From assembly GCA_021454005.1 (NCBI GenBank), contig GCA_021454005.1_3939.1: a stretch of DNA of 44,706 bases. One strand, given 5' to 3'. This document shows positions 1-18,296 of this stretch, in pieces; position 1 is the first letter of the stretch, and each line of letters begins with the position of its first letter. The DNA comes from a phage. Position numbers and translations under genes: made by a program. The notes below the pieces were generated by a model. It had not been told where the DNA came from. It saw only the letters and a program-made list of their open reading frames with translations, and did no database searches.

Positions 1-399
1 CAGGAAGCTGCTTTGTCAGATTTGACTAATAAGATTTCTGCTTCTGCTGAAGCTTTTGGATTTGATGCAAAAGAAGCTGCAACGACTATTTTAGGTGCTG
101 GTCTTGACAACCCTCTGAGTGTTCTGTTTATGAATGCTATGGAAGGTGCTAACCAGAAACTTAATGAAACTATCGCGTCCCATGCTTCTGCAATGGAAGA
201 AAAAGAATCAGAAATCACCAAGCTGAAAGAAACTGCTGGTGCTGTTCTTGAACATTCCAACGCTATGGAAGAAGTGGGTAATGACGGCGAAGCTGATTTG
301 GTTGAAGAAGAAAAAGAACCAGCTAAGAATGCTTCCGAAGACACCGCTGAACAACGCAAACTGGCTCTCCAGAATGCTCTAAAATCTCTTATCAAATAA
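1..399 (+). CDS. head scaffolding-like protein (5' partial)
   Basis: Acidic Ala/Glu-rich ORF directly upstream of decoration-like and capsid genes. Frame is open to position 1; the ORF-track start at 13 is a TTG. Assigned by composition and gene order only. Confidence 0.35.
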   Translation, partial: QEAALSDLTNKISASAEAFGFDAKEAATTILGAGLDNPLSVLFMNAMEGANQKLNETIASHASAMEEKESEITKLKETAGAVLEHSNAMEEVGNDGEADLVEEEKEPAKNASEDTAEQRKLALQNALKSLIK

Positions 400-410
400 G
401 GAACACAATA

Positions 411-788
411 ATGGCATATCAAGGTTTTACTAAGTTAGGTAACAGAGAACCTCTGAATGATATCATTCTTTGGGAACAGATTACCCCAACAGGCCACTCT
501 CGTAAAGAGTACACTCCACAGGCATCTACAGAATATCGTGTAGGCGAGGTTCTGAAAGCAGATGGTACTAAGGTTACAGCAGGGCAAGAAGCTCAGGCTG
601 ATTCGGTATGTATCGTTAATTTCTACGCAGACCTGCAACTGTCTTACCACGGTCAGTTGAAAGTTGTTGGTATCCACCGTGATGCAGAACTAAAAGACCT
701 GCTAATTCTTGAATCAAGCGTTAATGCTGATGAAGTCAAGAAAGCTCTGGCTGCTAAAGGTATTGATTTCGTACCAACTGGCCTGTAA
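411..788 (+). CDS. putative head decoration protein (by position)
   Basis: 125 aa ORF between scaffold-like and major capsid genes, the position of lambda gpD-type decoration proteins. No motif recognised. Confidence 0.3.
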   Translation: MAYQGFTKLGNREPLNDIILWEQITPTGHSRKEYTPQASTEYRVGEVLKADGTKVTAGQEAQADSVCIVNFYADLQLSYHGQLKVVGIHRDAELKDLLILESSVNADEVKKALAAKGIDFVPTGL

Positions 789-821
789 TAACAATAATAA
801 GACATTCTGGAGAATTTTACA

Positions 822-1934
822 ATGTTGACTAATTCTGAAAAAAGCAGATTTTTCCTTGCTGACCTGACTGGTGAAGTCCAGTCTATCCCAAATACTTATG
901 GGTATATTTCCAACTTAGGTCTGTTCCGTTCAGCACCAATCACCCAAACTACTTTCCTGATGGACTTGACTGATTGGGATGTTAGCTTGCTTGATGCGGT
1001 AGACCGTGATAGCCGTAAAGCAGAGACTAGCGCACCTGAGCGTGTTCGTCAAATCAGCTTCCCAATGATGTACTTCAAAGAAGTTGAAAGCATTACTCCT
1101 GATGAGATTCAGGGTGTACGTCAGCCAGGCACTGCAAATGAACTGACTACTGAAGCTGTAGTACGTGCTAAGAAGCTGATGAAGATTCGTACCAAGTTCG
1201 ATATTACTCGTGAGTTCCTGTTTATGCAAGCTCTGAAGGGTAAAGTTGTTGATGCTCGTGGTACTCTGTATGCTGACCTGTACAAGCAGTTCGACGTTGA
1301 GAAGAAGACTATTCACTTTGACCTTGACAATCCTAATGCTGACATCGACGCTTCTATTGAAGAACTGCGTATGCACATGGAAGATGAAGCTAAGACTGGC
1401 ACTGTAATCAACGGTGAAGAAATTCACGTAGTTGTTGACCGTGTATTCTTCAGCAAACTGACTAAGCATCCTAAGATTCGTGACGCTTATCTTGCACAGC
1501 AGACTCCACTGGCTTGGCAGCAGATTACTGGTTCTCTGAGAACTGGTGGTACTGACGGCGTTCAGGCTCACATGAACACTTTCTACTACGGTGGTGTTAA
1601 GTTTGTCCAGTACAACGGTAAGTTCAAAGACAAGCGTGGTAAGGTTCACACTCTGGTTAGCATTGATGGTGTTACTCAGGATGGAACTGTAGGTGTAGGA
1701 CATGCTTTCCCTAACGTTTCTATGCTGGGTGAAGCAAACAACATCTTCGAAGTGGCATATGGCCCATGTCCTAAGATGGGTTACGCGAATACACTTGGTC
1801 AGGAACTGTACGTATTCGAATACGAAAAAGACCGTGACGAAGGTATCGACTTTGAAGCTCACTCTTACATGCTGCCATACTGTACTCGTCCTCAGTTGCT
1901 GGTAGATGTTCGTTCTGACGCTAAAGGCGAATAA
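822..1934 (+). CDS. major capsid protein
   Basis: 370 aa ORF with RBS GGAG 8 nt upstream, at the capsid position of the head module (scaffold - decoration - capsid). Size fits HK97-fold capsid proteins. Confidence 0.65.
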   Translation: MLTNSEKSRFFLADLTGEVQSIPNTYGYISNLGLFRSAPITQTTFLMDLTDWDVSLLDAVDRDSRKAETSAPERVRQISFPMMYFKEVESITPDEIQGVRQPGTANELTTEAVVRAKKLMKIRTKFDITREFLFMQALKGKVVDARGTLYADLYKQFDVEKKTIHFDLDNPNADIDASIEELRMHMEDEAKTGTVINGEEIHVVVDRVFFSKLTKHPKIRDAYLAQQTPLAWQQITGSLRTGGTDGVQAHMNTFYYGGVKFVQYNGKFKDKRGKVHTLVSIDGVTQDGTVGVGHAFPNVSMLGEANNIFEVAYGPCPKMGYANTLGQELYVFEYEKDRDEGIDFEAHSYMLPYCTRPQLLVDVRSDAKGE

Positions 1935-1955
1935 TATTCTTAAGGAGGGTTATGA

Positions 1956-2405
1956 ATGTGTTATACAGGCGACCCAGCCAATAACCCTCTTGATAGAGTA
2001 AGAATCCTCTGCACAGACACTAATAATGATGAAATTCTTATTGAGCAGTCTGTGCTAGAGTGGTTCTATCTAGAATCTGGAAAGGATGAAAAGAAAGCAG
2101 CCATCAAAGCTCTTAAATATTTACTCTTTCAAGTAGCCAAGATGGGAGATGAGAAGGTTGGTGGTGTTTATTTACGCAACTCTTCCAGATTCAAATCTCT
2201 GAAAGCTGTTTATGACGACCTTGTTAAAAGCTCTGTTTCAGGACTACCCTATGCAGGTGGTATTAATCAGTGTGATATTGACATGCGTCGTCAGAATCCT
2301 TGCTCTGTCAAGAAATACACAGAATATGGTGATGCTGCCAGATACGAAGGCAGAGATTACTGCAACCGTGTTAATGGCGTATTTATTATCGAGCGAGATG
2401 AATAA
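1956..2405 (+). CDS. head-tail joining / neck protein (hypothetical)
   Basis: 149 aa ORF with strong RBS AAGGAGGG, first of four small ORFs between capsid and sheath. Confidence 0.3.
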   Translation: MCYTGDPANNPLDRVRILCTDTNNDEILIEQSVLEWFYLESGKDEKKAAIKALKYLLFQVAKMGDEKVGGVYLRNSSRFKSLKAVYDDLVKSSVSGLPYAGGINQCDIDMRRQNPCSVKKYTEYGDAARYEGRDYCNRVNGVFIIERDE

Positions 2406-2887
2406 TGGTTAAAAGGGTTATTCACCCCGCGAGAGCAAAATTAGTCGGGGCTATGAAGAACTTGCAAACGGCTAATGCTCAAGTTGGGTATTTTCAAGAA
2501 CAAGGTCAACATAGCTCTGGTTTTTCTTATCCTGCTTTAATGTATTTACAAGAAGTTATTGGGGTTCCTTCAGCTTCTGGTAAAGTATATCGTAGGTTGT
2601 TTGAAATTACTATGATGCTAAACAAACAGACCTTGTTAGAGCAGACTAAGAAGAATCTATATAAGCAACTTAGCAGTCTCAACACAGACCCTTCAAATAC
2701 CTTAGAAGCATTTGCAAAGAATGCTCAAAAGGCAATTAAAAGAGGTTTTGGTAATTCTGCTATCCTCCCTCCTAACGCACCTTCCACAGTCAAGAAAAAA
2801 GGCTTTAACGCACCTCTTGTTGAGACAGGTGACTTAAGAGATAACCTTGCTTATAAAATTTCTACTAAGAAGGGTATTAAAAAATGA
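2405..2887 (+). CDS. head-tail joining / neck protein (hypothetical)
   Basis: 160 aa ORF, start overlaps the upstream stop (ATGA); position only. Confidence 0.3.
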   Translation: MVKRVIHPARAKLVGAMKNLQTANAQVGYFQEQGQHSSGFSYPALMYLQEVIGVPSASGKVYRRLFEITMMLNKQTLLEQTKKNLYKQLSSLNTDPSNTLEAFAKNAQKAIKRGFGNSAILPPNAPSTVKKKGFNAPLVETGDLRDNLAYKISTKKGIKK

Positions 2888-3285
2888 GACTCTTAAACAG
2901 ACACAGCTTTGTAGTAAAGCGTAAAGTCTCTGAAGATGGTTATTATAATGCTGATGGTGATTGGGTAGCTTCACAAGATATTGTAGAGGTTAACTGTAAA
3001 GGTAATATTCAGCCATATATCAAAGGTTCTGTAAAGAATGGTACACAGATTGCTTTACCGGAAGGTATTAGGCTTACCGATACAAGAATCCTGTATACCA
3101 CATATAAACTTAGAACTTCAGATGATGTAGAGTGGAATGAGTCTGATATTGTTATGATTGATGGTCATGAGTATGAAGTATTTATGACTATGGATTGGTC
3201 ACAGCAATTAGCCCATACGTCCCATTATGAATATATCATTATTAGAAGGGATAAAATGAATGCAGTTAGAAACAGCAGAACTTGA
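2884..3285 (+). CDS. neck / tail completion protein (hypothetical)
   Basis: 133 aa ORF overlapping the previous stop; position only. Confidence 0.3.
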   Translation: MRLLNRHSFVVKRKVSEDGYYNADGDWVASQDIVEVNCKGNIQPYIKGSVKNGTQIALPEGIRLTDTRILYTTYKLRTSDDVEWNESDIVMIDGHEYEVFMTMDWSQQLAHTSHYEYIIIRRDKMNAVRNSRT

Positions 3286-3859
3286 AAAAGGTCTAGTTAG
3301 AACCTTAGTGGATGTTATTGGTCACAGACTAGCTCGTGATAAGAATAATAGACCAAACGTAATTAGAGCTTACCCTTCTGATAACTCAAATGACAAAGGT
3401 TTAAAACCTGACCAGCCATTTATTACCGTATATTGTCAAGATGCTGCAACACCTTATGGTTGGGTTCTTGATAAGTTTGTTGAGGATGATGTAGTTTGCT
3501 ACAGAATTACTTTTCAGATTCCTGTATTAATTACGGTCAATGGTAAAGGTGCTCACAGTATTATGCTTGAGCTTAAACAACGATTAGAGATGAGTTCAGT
3601 CAGGGATTTAATTCTTGAAGAGACAGGAGCTACAGTACTAGACACTGGAGCCATCCCAAATGACTACACTTATCTCAATACAGATTTCGAAAATTCTGCG
3701 CCTCTTGTTGTAACTCTTGTAAAAAATTCAGTCCTGAAAGATGAACGTGGAAGTATTATTGAGCGTGTCATTGTTGATGGTGAGTTGGTTTATGAAGAAG
3801 GACAAGAGCCACCAGAATATACTATCCATCTAGATGTAGACTCCAAAGGGGTAAAATAA
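3260..3859 (+). CDS. neck / tail terminator-like protein (hypothetical)
   Basis: 199 aa ORF immediately upstream of the sheath gene; position only. Confidence 0.3.
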   Translation: MQLETAELEKGLVRTLVDVIGHRLARDKNNRPNVIRAYPSDNSNDKGLKPDQPFITVYCQDAATPYGWVLDKFVEDDVVCYRITFQIPVLITVNGKGAHSIMLELKQRLEMSSVRDLILEETGATVLDTGAIPNDYTYLNTDFENSAPLVVTLVKNSVLKDERGSIIERVIVDGELVYEEGQEPPEYTIHLDVDSKGVK

Positions 3860-5212
3860 ATGTGGAATCCAATTGTTAATGTAGATATTACATTGAACAC
3901 CGCAGGAACTACAAGAGAAGGTTTTGGTTTGCCACTATTCTTAGCTTCAACAGATAACTTTGAAGAAAGAGTCCGTGGTTATACTTCCTTAACTGAAGTT
4001 GCTGAAGATTTCGATGAAAACTCTGCTGCATATAAGGCTGCTAAACAACTTTGGAGTCAAACTCCTAAAGTAACTCAGCTTTATATTGGTAGACGTGCTA
4101 TGCAGTACACTGTATCAATTCCTAATGCTGTTACTGAAAGTACAGACTACTCAATTACTGTAGCTGCTGGCGGTGGAATTTCTCAACCATACCAGTACAC
4201 AGCAGTGGAATCAGACACTGCTGAGAAAGTTTTGCAACAGTTTAAAACACAGATTGAAGCTGACCCAACAATCAAAGATAAGGTTTCTGTGAACGTAACT
4301 GGTAGCAATGGCTCTGCCACAATGATTATTACCAAAGCTGGTGATAATGACTTTGTGAAAGTAACAACCACAGCACAGACTGTGTATATTGCAAGTACAA
4401 CTGCCGATACAGCATCAACTGCTCTGGCAGCTATCGAAGCTTACTCTACTGACTGGTATTTCATTGCAGCAGAAGACAGAACTCAACAGTTTGTCTTAGC
4501 AATGGCTTCTGAGATTCAGGCTCGCAAGAAAATCTTCTTTACAGCTAACTCCGATGTAACAGCCCTGCAAGGTACAGAATTAGCCAGTGCAAATGATGTT
4601 CCAGCACAGCTTGCTAAGAGTATGTACACTCGTACAGTTTGCTTGTGGCATCACGCAGCAGCAGAAGACTATCCAGAGATGGCATACATTGCTTATGGTG
4701 CTCCATATGATGCAGGTTCAATTGCTTGGGGTAATGCTCAGCTAACTGGTGTAGCAGCTTCTCTACAACCATCTAATCAGAGACCTCTGACAAGTATTCA
4801 GAAGTCTGCTTTAGATGTACGTCACTGTAACTTTATTGACCTTGATGGTGGTGTTCCAGTGGTTCGTAGAGGGATTACTTCTGGTGGGGAATGGATTGAT
4901 ATCGTCCGTGGCGTTGACTGGTTAGAATCAGACCTGAAAACTTCTCTGAGAGACTTGCTAATTAACCAGAAGGGTGGTAAGATTACTTATGATGATACTG
5001 GTATTACCCGTATTCGTCAAGTCATTGAAACCTCTCTGCAAAGAGCAGTCAACAGAAACTTCCTGTCATCTTACACAGTTAATGTTCCTAAAGCCTCTCA
5101 AGTTGCTTTAGCAGACAAGAAAGCACGTATCCTAAAAGACGTTACCTTCGCAGGTATCTTAGCAGGTGCTATCTTGGATGTTGACTTGAAAGGTACAGTG
5201 GCTTACGAATAA
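3860..5212 (+). CDS. tail sheath protein
   Basis: 450 aa ORF followed by tube-sized ORF, chaperone pair and tape measure, the P2/Mu order sheath - tube - chaperones - TMP. Confidence 0.55.
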   Translation: MWNPIVNVDITLNTAGTTREGFGLPLFLASTDNFEERVRGYTSLTEVAEDFDENSAAYKAAKQLWSQTPKVTQLYIGRRAMQYTVSIPNAVTESTDYSITVAAGGGISQPYQYTAVESDTAEKVLQQFKTQIEADPTIKDKVSVNVTGSNGSATMIITKAGDNDFVKVTTTAQTVYIASTTADTASTALAAIEAYSTDWYFIAAEDRTQQFVLAMASEIQARKKIFFTANSDVTALQGTELASANDVPAQLAKSMYTRTVCLWHHAAAEDYPEMAYIAYGAPYDAGSIAWGNAQLTGVAASLQPSNQRPLTSIQKSALDVRHCNFIDLDGGVPVVRRGITSGGEWIDIVRGVDWLESDLKTSLRDLLINQKGGKITYDDTGITRIRQVIETSLQRAVNRNFLSSYTVNVPKASQVALADKKARILKDVTFAGILAGAILDVDLKGTVAYE

Positions 5213-5227
5213 TAGAGGTAAATTGGA

Positions 5228-5674
5228 ATGGCTATGTATCAGCAATATTCCCCTAAAGACGTTGTATGTAGCTGGAATGGTATTGCCATTGAAGGCTTTG
5301 CCCCAGACTCATTCTTGCGTCTACAGAGAACATCACCACTTGTGACACCAGTTGTTGGTGCAGGTGGTCAGGTTGCTCTAACAAGAAATGCAGACAAGAC
5401 AGGTACTATTGAGATTGAGTTAATGCAGACTTCTCTCTCTAACCAGATGCTTTCTGCAATTCAAGCTAAACAAGACAATATGGAACTTGAAGAAGATATC
5501 TCTTCTAACTTCGTAATCTACGACCCATCAGGCTCTGTTCTGGCAACCGGTATTAATGCTTGGTTGCAGGAACTACCACAGATTGAACTTGGTCGTGACC
5601 AGAACTCTAAAACTTGGATTTTTGGTTGTGAGAAGTTAGACTACACTTCTACAATTCCAGCGTCAAGTGTTTAA
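5228..5674 (+). CDS. tail tube protein
   Basis: 148 aa ORF after the sheath gene, followed by a strong rho-independent terminator. Confidence 0.5.
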   Translation: MAMYQQYSPKDVVCSWNGIAIEGFAPDSFLRLQRTSPLVTPVVGAGGQVALTRNADKTGTIEIELMQTSLSNQMLSAIQAKQDNMELEEDISSNFVIYDPSGSVLATGINAWLQELPQIELGRDQNSKTWIFGCEKLDYTSTIPASSV

Positions 5675-5685
5675 TAAATCCTATA

Positions 5686-5720
5686 AGGGGGAGACTTTAA
5701 AAGGTCTTCCCCTTTTTTGT
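5686..5720 (+). terminator. rho-independent terminator after tail tube gene
   Basis: GC-rich hairpin (GGGGAGAC / GTCTTCCCC) followed by TTTTTTGTTT. Confidence 0.6.
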
Positions 5721-5747
5721 TTCTTTTAAAAGTATTAAGGAATCACA

Positions 5748-6146
5748 ATGAAAACAGAATCTAGAGTAATTAACGGTAAGAAAGTGAATATCATTCTGCT
5801 TGGGGCAAGAGATGGTATTAAGATGTCTATGAAGTTGGGTAAAATTGTTGTTCCAACTTTTGCACAGATGCTATCAAGTCTGACTGACAAGGGTAAGAAA
5901 GAAGCTCCAATGGTTCCATTTAAAGAACTTGTTGAAGCTTGTTTTGACAGAATTGAAGAAATTAACCTTGAAGAGATGGCTACCTTATTATTTCAAGGGG
6001 CAACTGTTGACGACTTCCCACTTAATATTGATACGTACTTCCAAGCAAACTACGGTGAGTTTATTGATTACTTAGCATTTGCGCTGGAGGCAAACTTCGG
6101 AAGTTTTTTCGAAGCAAGCATTTTCAAAAGCCTAACTTCTCAGTAA
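5748..6146 (+). CDS. tail assembly chaperone (upstream frame)
   Basis: 132 aa ORF directly upstream of the tape measure gene; contains slippery heptamer T_TTT_TTC near its 3' end. Confidence 0.5.
   Translation: MKTESRVINGKKVNIILLGARDGIKMSMKLGKIVVPTFAQMLSSLTDKGKKEAPMVPFKELVEACFDRIEEINLEEMATLLFQGATVDDFPLNIDTYFQANYGEFIDYLAFALEANFGSFFEASIFKSLTSQ
6104..6110 (+). other. candidate -1 programmed ribosomal frameshift site
   Basis: T_TTT_TTC fits X_XXY_YYZ in the zero frame of ORF 5748..6146. The -1 frame is open from 6110 and continuous with ORF 6149..6388, whose ATG has no SD. Confidence 0.45.
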
Positions 6147-6148
6147 AC

Positions 6149-6387
6149 ATGGGTAACACTCTACAGACACCACTAACTGATGCTGCTGTAGAGGCAACCT
6201 ATGAAGAAGCAGACGAGATGAAATTTGTGCTTGCTATTTATGGTATGGAAGGGTGTAAAGAAACACTTGACCAACTCTTTGCTATGACATTCTCTGATTT
6301 ATTATCATTGAGACAATTTCTTGAGATTCAGAGGTCGTATAAAGAGGAAATTGCTTACAACGAACTTAGAAGAGCAGGAAAAATGTA

Positions 6388-6388
<1 letters not shown>
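6149..6388 (+). CDS. tail assembly chaperone, frameshift extension
   Basis: 79 aa ORF in the -1 frame relative to the upstream chaperone ORF, no RBS, ends at the tape measure start. Confidence 0.4.
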
Positions 6389-14407
<8,019 letters not shown>

Positions 14408-14409
14408 TA

Positions 14410-15597
14410 ATGGCAGTAGGTGAAATTCAAATTAGTGCCTTGCCTCAAGCAGCCTTACCAATTGACCTTAGTGATATCTTCCATCTTAAGCAGGGTATTG
14501 AGGATAAGAGATGTACTCTTGAGCAATTACTTGCTCCACACTCAAGCCTAAGAAATAACCCTCATGGTGTGACTAAAACACAAATTGGTTTAGATAATGT
14601 TATTAATTCTCTTCAGTTAGTTGCTGCAAATAACTTATCAGATATTGTTAATGTAGCTGAGGCAAGAGCAAATCTACAGATTATGTCTTCAGAAGAGGTT
14701 AATAACCTTGTTCAACAGCATATTCAGGACAAGAGCAACCCACACAATACAACTAAGGCACAGGTAGGATTGAGTAATGTTCAAAACTGGACAACATCTA
14801 ACCTTTATAATGAAGATGCAGATAAGTATGCTACAGCAAGAGCAGTAAATAACTTGTACAAGGCTGTTCAGGCTTCCTATCCAGTAGGTACTATCCATCT
14901 TTCCATGAACTCTGCAAACCCTTCTACATATTTAATTTGTGGGGGTACTTGGGAGTTAGTTTCAAAAGGTAGAGCATTGGTTGGTTATGACTCTGACACA
15001 AGACCAGCAGGTTCTGTATTTGGTGCTTCAACTGTTACTTTGTCAGTTAATAACATGCCTCAACATTCACACTCCGTGTCTCTTAGTGGTGGTGGTCACA
15101 CTCATAATGCAACTGTGTCAATTTCAGCTTTTGATTATGGAACTAAGACTACCAATTCTTTTGACTATGGAACAAAGACTACTAACACAACAGGTAACCA
15201 CAACCATGTTGGTAGTGGGTCAACAAGTACTGCTGGTGCTCACAACCACAGATTGACATATGAAGCAGGCGGTGGCCTATCGGAAAGACCTGCAATGGTT
15301 TGGTCTACAAGAAATGACCAATCGTGGTACTCAGCAGATGCTGTCTGTGAAGTCGCTGGTGCACATACCCACTCTTTCAGTGTTACCACCAACACAACTG
15401 GTAACCACAACCATACAGTAGGTATTGGTGCTCACAGCCACACAGTTGGTATTGGTTCGCATACACATAATGGTACTGTAACAGTTTCTTCTTCTGAACA
15501 TACGCATAGCGGGAACACTAATAGTGTTGGTGGAGGACAAGCTTTCAACATTGAGCAGCCATCCTTCGTACTGTATGTATGGCAGAGAACAGCTTAA
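14410..15597 (+). CDS. tail fiber protein (short), His-rich tip
   Basis: Two copies of the phage tail-fibre repeat (NPHGVTKTQIGLDNV, NPHNTTKAQVGLSNV); C-terminal FDYGTK repeats and HxH motifs (TGNHNH, AHSHTVGIGSHTH); C-terminal end shared with next gene. Confidence 0.65.
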   Translation: MAVGEIQISALPQAALPIDLSDIFHLKQGIEDKRCTLEQLLAPHSSLRNNPHGVTKTQIGLDNVINSLQLVAANNLSDIVNVAEARANLQIMSSEEVNNLVQQHIQDKSNPHNTTKAQVGLSNVQNWTTSNLYNEDADKYATARAVNNLYKAVQASYPVGTIHLSMNSANPSTYLICGGTWELVSKGRALVGYDSDTRPAGSVFGASTVTLSVNNMPQHSHSVSLSGGGHTHNATVSISAFDYGTKTTNSFDYGTKTTNTTGNHNHVGSGSTSTAGAHNHRLTYEAGGGLSERPAMVWSTRNDQSWYSADAVCEVAGAHTHSFSVTTNTTGNHNHTVGIGAHSHTVGIGSHTHNGTVTVSSSEHTHSGNTNSVGGGQAFNIEQPSFVLYVWQRTA

Positions 15598-15606
15598 TTT
15601 CTTTAC

Positions 15607-15628
15607 AGGGGCTTGATAGCCCCTTTTA
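15607..15628 (+). terminator. weak terminator / attenuator between tail fiber genes
   Basis: Hairpin GGGGC-TTGATA-GCCCC followed by TTTT. Confidence 0.4.
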
Positions 15629-15643
15629 AGAGGAAAATTTATA

Positions 15644-18022
15644 ATGGCAGATTACAAGTTGAGTGAATTAAACTCAATCGATACAATCCGTTCAGATGAC
15701 CTTCTTCACGTCAGGGTTAAAAAGAGACCTGAAATGCTTGGTGATGAAGACCGTCGAATGACCTATCAAGATTTCTTAGCATCTTTTAAACTTGAAAGAT
15801 TTGTTCAGATTGCTGGTAGTACTATGACAGGTGATTTAGGGATTGTTAAGTTACTTTATGGTGGTAAGGTAGTCTTTGACCCAACAGGCTCTTCTGAGAT
15901 TACTATTGGGGATGTTTTAAAGACTTTTAAAATCAACGCAAATGGCCTTAAACTAACTATTGCAGATGCTTCAAGGTCGGCAACTGTTTATCATACTCTG
16001 AATAAGCCAAGTCCTAATGAACTTGGGATGAGAACTAATGAAGAGAATGATGCAAGATACTCAAGATTAGCTGCAAATAACACCTTTAGAGGTACTCAAG
16101 CTATTCTCTCTGACAATGAAGCCCTTATTGTTAAGAATATTACACAAGGGATGCCACTCTATATTCGTGGTCAAGATGCAGATGGCACTAACAGATGGTA
16201 TCTAGGCAATGATAATAAAGGCACAGACAACCTTGTTTTAAAAAACGTTAAATCTGGTGCATACGTAGCGATTTTAGCTAACCTAATCTCTGTGAATAAA
16301 TCAATTCAAATCACTGGTCAAGTACAACCTTCTGACTTCTCTAACTTAGATGCTAGATATTTTACTCAGACAGTTGCTAATCAGAGATTTGCACAGTTAG
16401 CTGGTAATAACACATTTAGTGGTTCTAATATTTTTACTAATTTTGTTGTTAAGAAGAATGCTAATGCTATTACCATTCAAAATGGAGATACAGCTACGGC
16501 TTTGTATATCCAAGCAAGGAAATCAGACGGAACTAATAAGTGGTATATTGGTAATGATGGTGATGAGAACATTGTAAACATCTATAACTATTTAGCAAGA
16601 ACACAAATCTCACTAGGTAACACCATTACCATGAGCAGAACAGTCCAAATTGGTGGTCAAGTTCAACCTTCCGATTGGACTAATATTGACTCTAGATACA
16701 TTCCAGCAGCTACTTTGAATAATCTTGCTAAGATTAATGTTGGTAATACATTCACATTCCAGCAAATTATCCAAGCAAATGGTGAAGCTATTAGACTAAA
16801 AAACTCTTCTGAGAACTCACCGTTGTATATTAGAGGTCAGGACAGCACTGGTGCTAATAGATGGTATGTAGGTAATGGTTCAGGGAATGATAATGTTATC
16901 ATCCACAACTATAAGACAGGCTGTGAAGTGAATCTGTCTAGTGTTGCTGCTATTAATAAAACACTAAGAATCACTGGTCAAGTTCAACCTTCTGATTGGG
17001 CTAACTTGGATGCTAGATACTTTGTTAAGACTCAGTTATTAAATCAATCCTTAATGACTGTATCTGTCGATAACCTTGAAAACCCTTCAGCATTTAATCT
17101 TGGCTACTCAGGTTTTGTAAGAAATAATAGTGTTACTAGTGGCTTGAAAGAGTTGGCAATTCATGTTGCTCACTCTAGTAAGTCTGCTGCACACGCAAGG
17201 GGTATCTCTTTTGTATACGGTTCAAACGGTTTGGCAACATTCACCTATGCCTATGACAAAAATGGTGACTATGCCGGAGAGGCACAGCTTTACACAACTG
17301 ATTTCAAACCAACCCCTTCAGATATCGGTGCATACACTAAAGCTGAGACTGACCAGAAGATTGCACAGGCAGTAAGTGACTCTACAGACCTTAATAAAAT
17401 CTATCCAGTAGGTATTGTGACATGGTTTAACAGCAATATTGACCCTAATACAGCACTTCCTGGGTTAACTTGGACGTACCTGAACAATGGTGTTGGTAGA
17501 ACTATCAGAATTGCAGCAGCAAATGGTTCAGATGTTGCTACAACAGGTGGTTCAGATTCTGTGACGTTAGCTGTTGGTAACTTACCATCACACACCCATA
17601 GTTTCTCTGCTACCACTTCATCTTTTGATTATGGTACGAAGGGAACTAACAGTACTGGTGGTCATGCTCACTCTGTAAGTGGTACAACAAGTGCTGCTGG
17701 TAACCACGCTCACCACTTAGGTTTGTTATTAGTTAATGGTGGTGATGCTTTGTACGGTTATACAACAGTTGGTAACAGTCTCCCTAGAACACTTGACTGG
17801 CTTGACAGAAGGGACAATAAATTCCCTAACACTAACACAACTGGTAACCATACACATACATGGTCTGGTACTACAAGCGGTGCTGGCGACCATTCCCACT
17901 CTGTAGGTATTGGTGCTCACAGCCACACAGTCAGTGGTAACACTGGTGGTACAGGTTCTGGGTCAGCATTTAGTGTTACTAACCAGTTCTACAAGTTAAT
18001 GGCTTGGGTGAGAACTGCTTAA
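15644..18022 (+). CDS. tail fiber protein (long), three internal repeats, His-rich tip
   Basis: 792 aa; three ~112 aa tandem repeats (LYIRGQD..RWY.GN...[13 protein letters not shown]); C-terminal FDYGTK and HxH motifs paralogous to the upstream fiber. Confidence 0.65.
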   Translation: MADYKLSELNSIDTIRSDDLLHVRVKKRPEMLGDEDRRMTYQDFLASFKLERFVQIAGSTMTGDLGIVKLLYGGKVVFDPTGSSEITIGDVLKTFKINANGLKLTIADASRSATVYHTLNKPSPNELGMRTNEENDARYSRLAANNTFRGTQAILSDNEALIVKNITQGMPLYIRGQDADGTNRWYLGNDNKGTDNLVLKNVKSGAYVAILANLISVNKSIQITGQVQPSDFSNLDARYFTQTVANQRFAQLAGNNTFSGSNIFTNFVVKKNANAITIQNGDTATALYIQARKSDGTNKWYIGNDGDENIVNIYNYLARTQISLGNTITMSRTVQIGGQVQPSDWTNIDSRYIPAATLNNLAKINVGNTFTFQQIIQANGEAIRLKNSSENSPLYIRGQDSTGANRWYVGNGSGNDNVIIHNYKTGCEVNLSSVAAINKTLRITGQVQPSDWANLDARYFVKTQLLNQSLMTVSVDNLENPSAFNLGYSGFVRNNSVTSGLKELAIHVAHSSKSAAHARGISFVYGSNGLATFTYAYDKNGDYAGEAQLYTTDFKPTPSDIGAYTKAETDQKIAQAVSDSTDLNKIYPVGIVTWFNSNIDPNTALPGLTWTYLNNGVGRTIRIAAANGSDVATTGGSDSVTLAVGNLPSHTHSFSATTSSFDYGTKGTNSTGGHAHSVSGTTSAAGNHAHHLGLLLVNGGDALYGYTTVGNSLPRTLDWLDRRDNKFPNTNTTGNHTHTWSGTTSGAGDHSHSVGIGAHSHTVSGNTGGTGSGSAFSVTNQFYKLMAWVRTA

Positions 18023-18028
18023 TCCCTT

Positions 18029-18057
18029 GTTGACTGATTGTTAAGATGGTGTTAATA
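18029..18057 (+). promoter_or_regulatory. sigma70-like promoter (TTGACT-17-TAATAT) with overlapping inverted repeat
   Basis: TTGACT at 18029-18034, 17 nt spacer, TAATAT at 18052-18057; inverted repeat AAGATGGTG/CACCATCTT at 18044-18083; RBS GAGGTG before ATG 18102. Confidence 0.35.
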
Positions 18058-18101
18058 TTCTTTATGGGTATTCTCACCATCTTGGCTGATGAGGTGATTA
18101 A

Positions 18102-18296
18102 ATGCCTACAATCCTAGCAATTCTTCTAAAAAATCTAGGTAGCTTCTTCTGGAAACTCATTTTATCCCTTCTAAGTGAATACATGATTGAGAAAGTGTTC
18201 TTTAAGCTTGCAAGATACCTTGCGAGTAAAACAGACACACCTATTGATGATGAGTTCGTAGATAACTTAGAAAAAGCTTTTAAGGGGGAGAAATAA
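18102..18296 (+). CDS. small membrane protein (possible lysis-associated)
   Basis: 64 aa, hydrophobic N-terminal segment, RBS GAGGTG; function not established. Confidence 0.3.
   Translation: MPTILAILLKNLGSFFWKLILSLLSEYMIEKVFFKLARYLASKTDTPIDDEFVDNLEKAFKGEK

Noticed and set aside
930-1862. 310 aa ORF on the - strand inside the major capsid gene
   Set aside because: Antisense to a well-supported highly expressed gene, no RBS, low-complexity translation; treated as a spurious shadow ORF. The same applies to other antisense ORFs in the track (for example 13325..13852, 19744..20160, 28191..29039).
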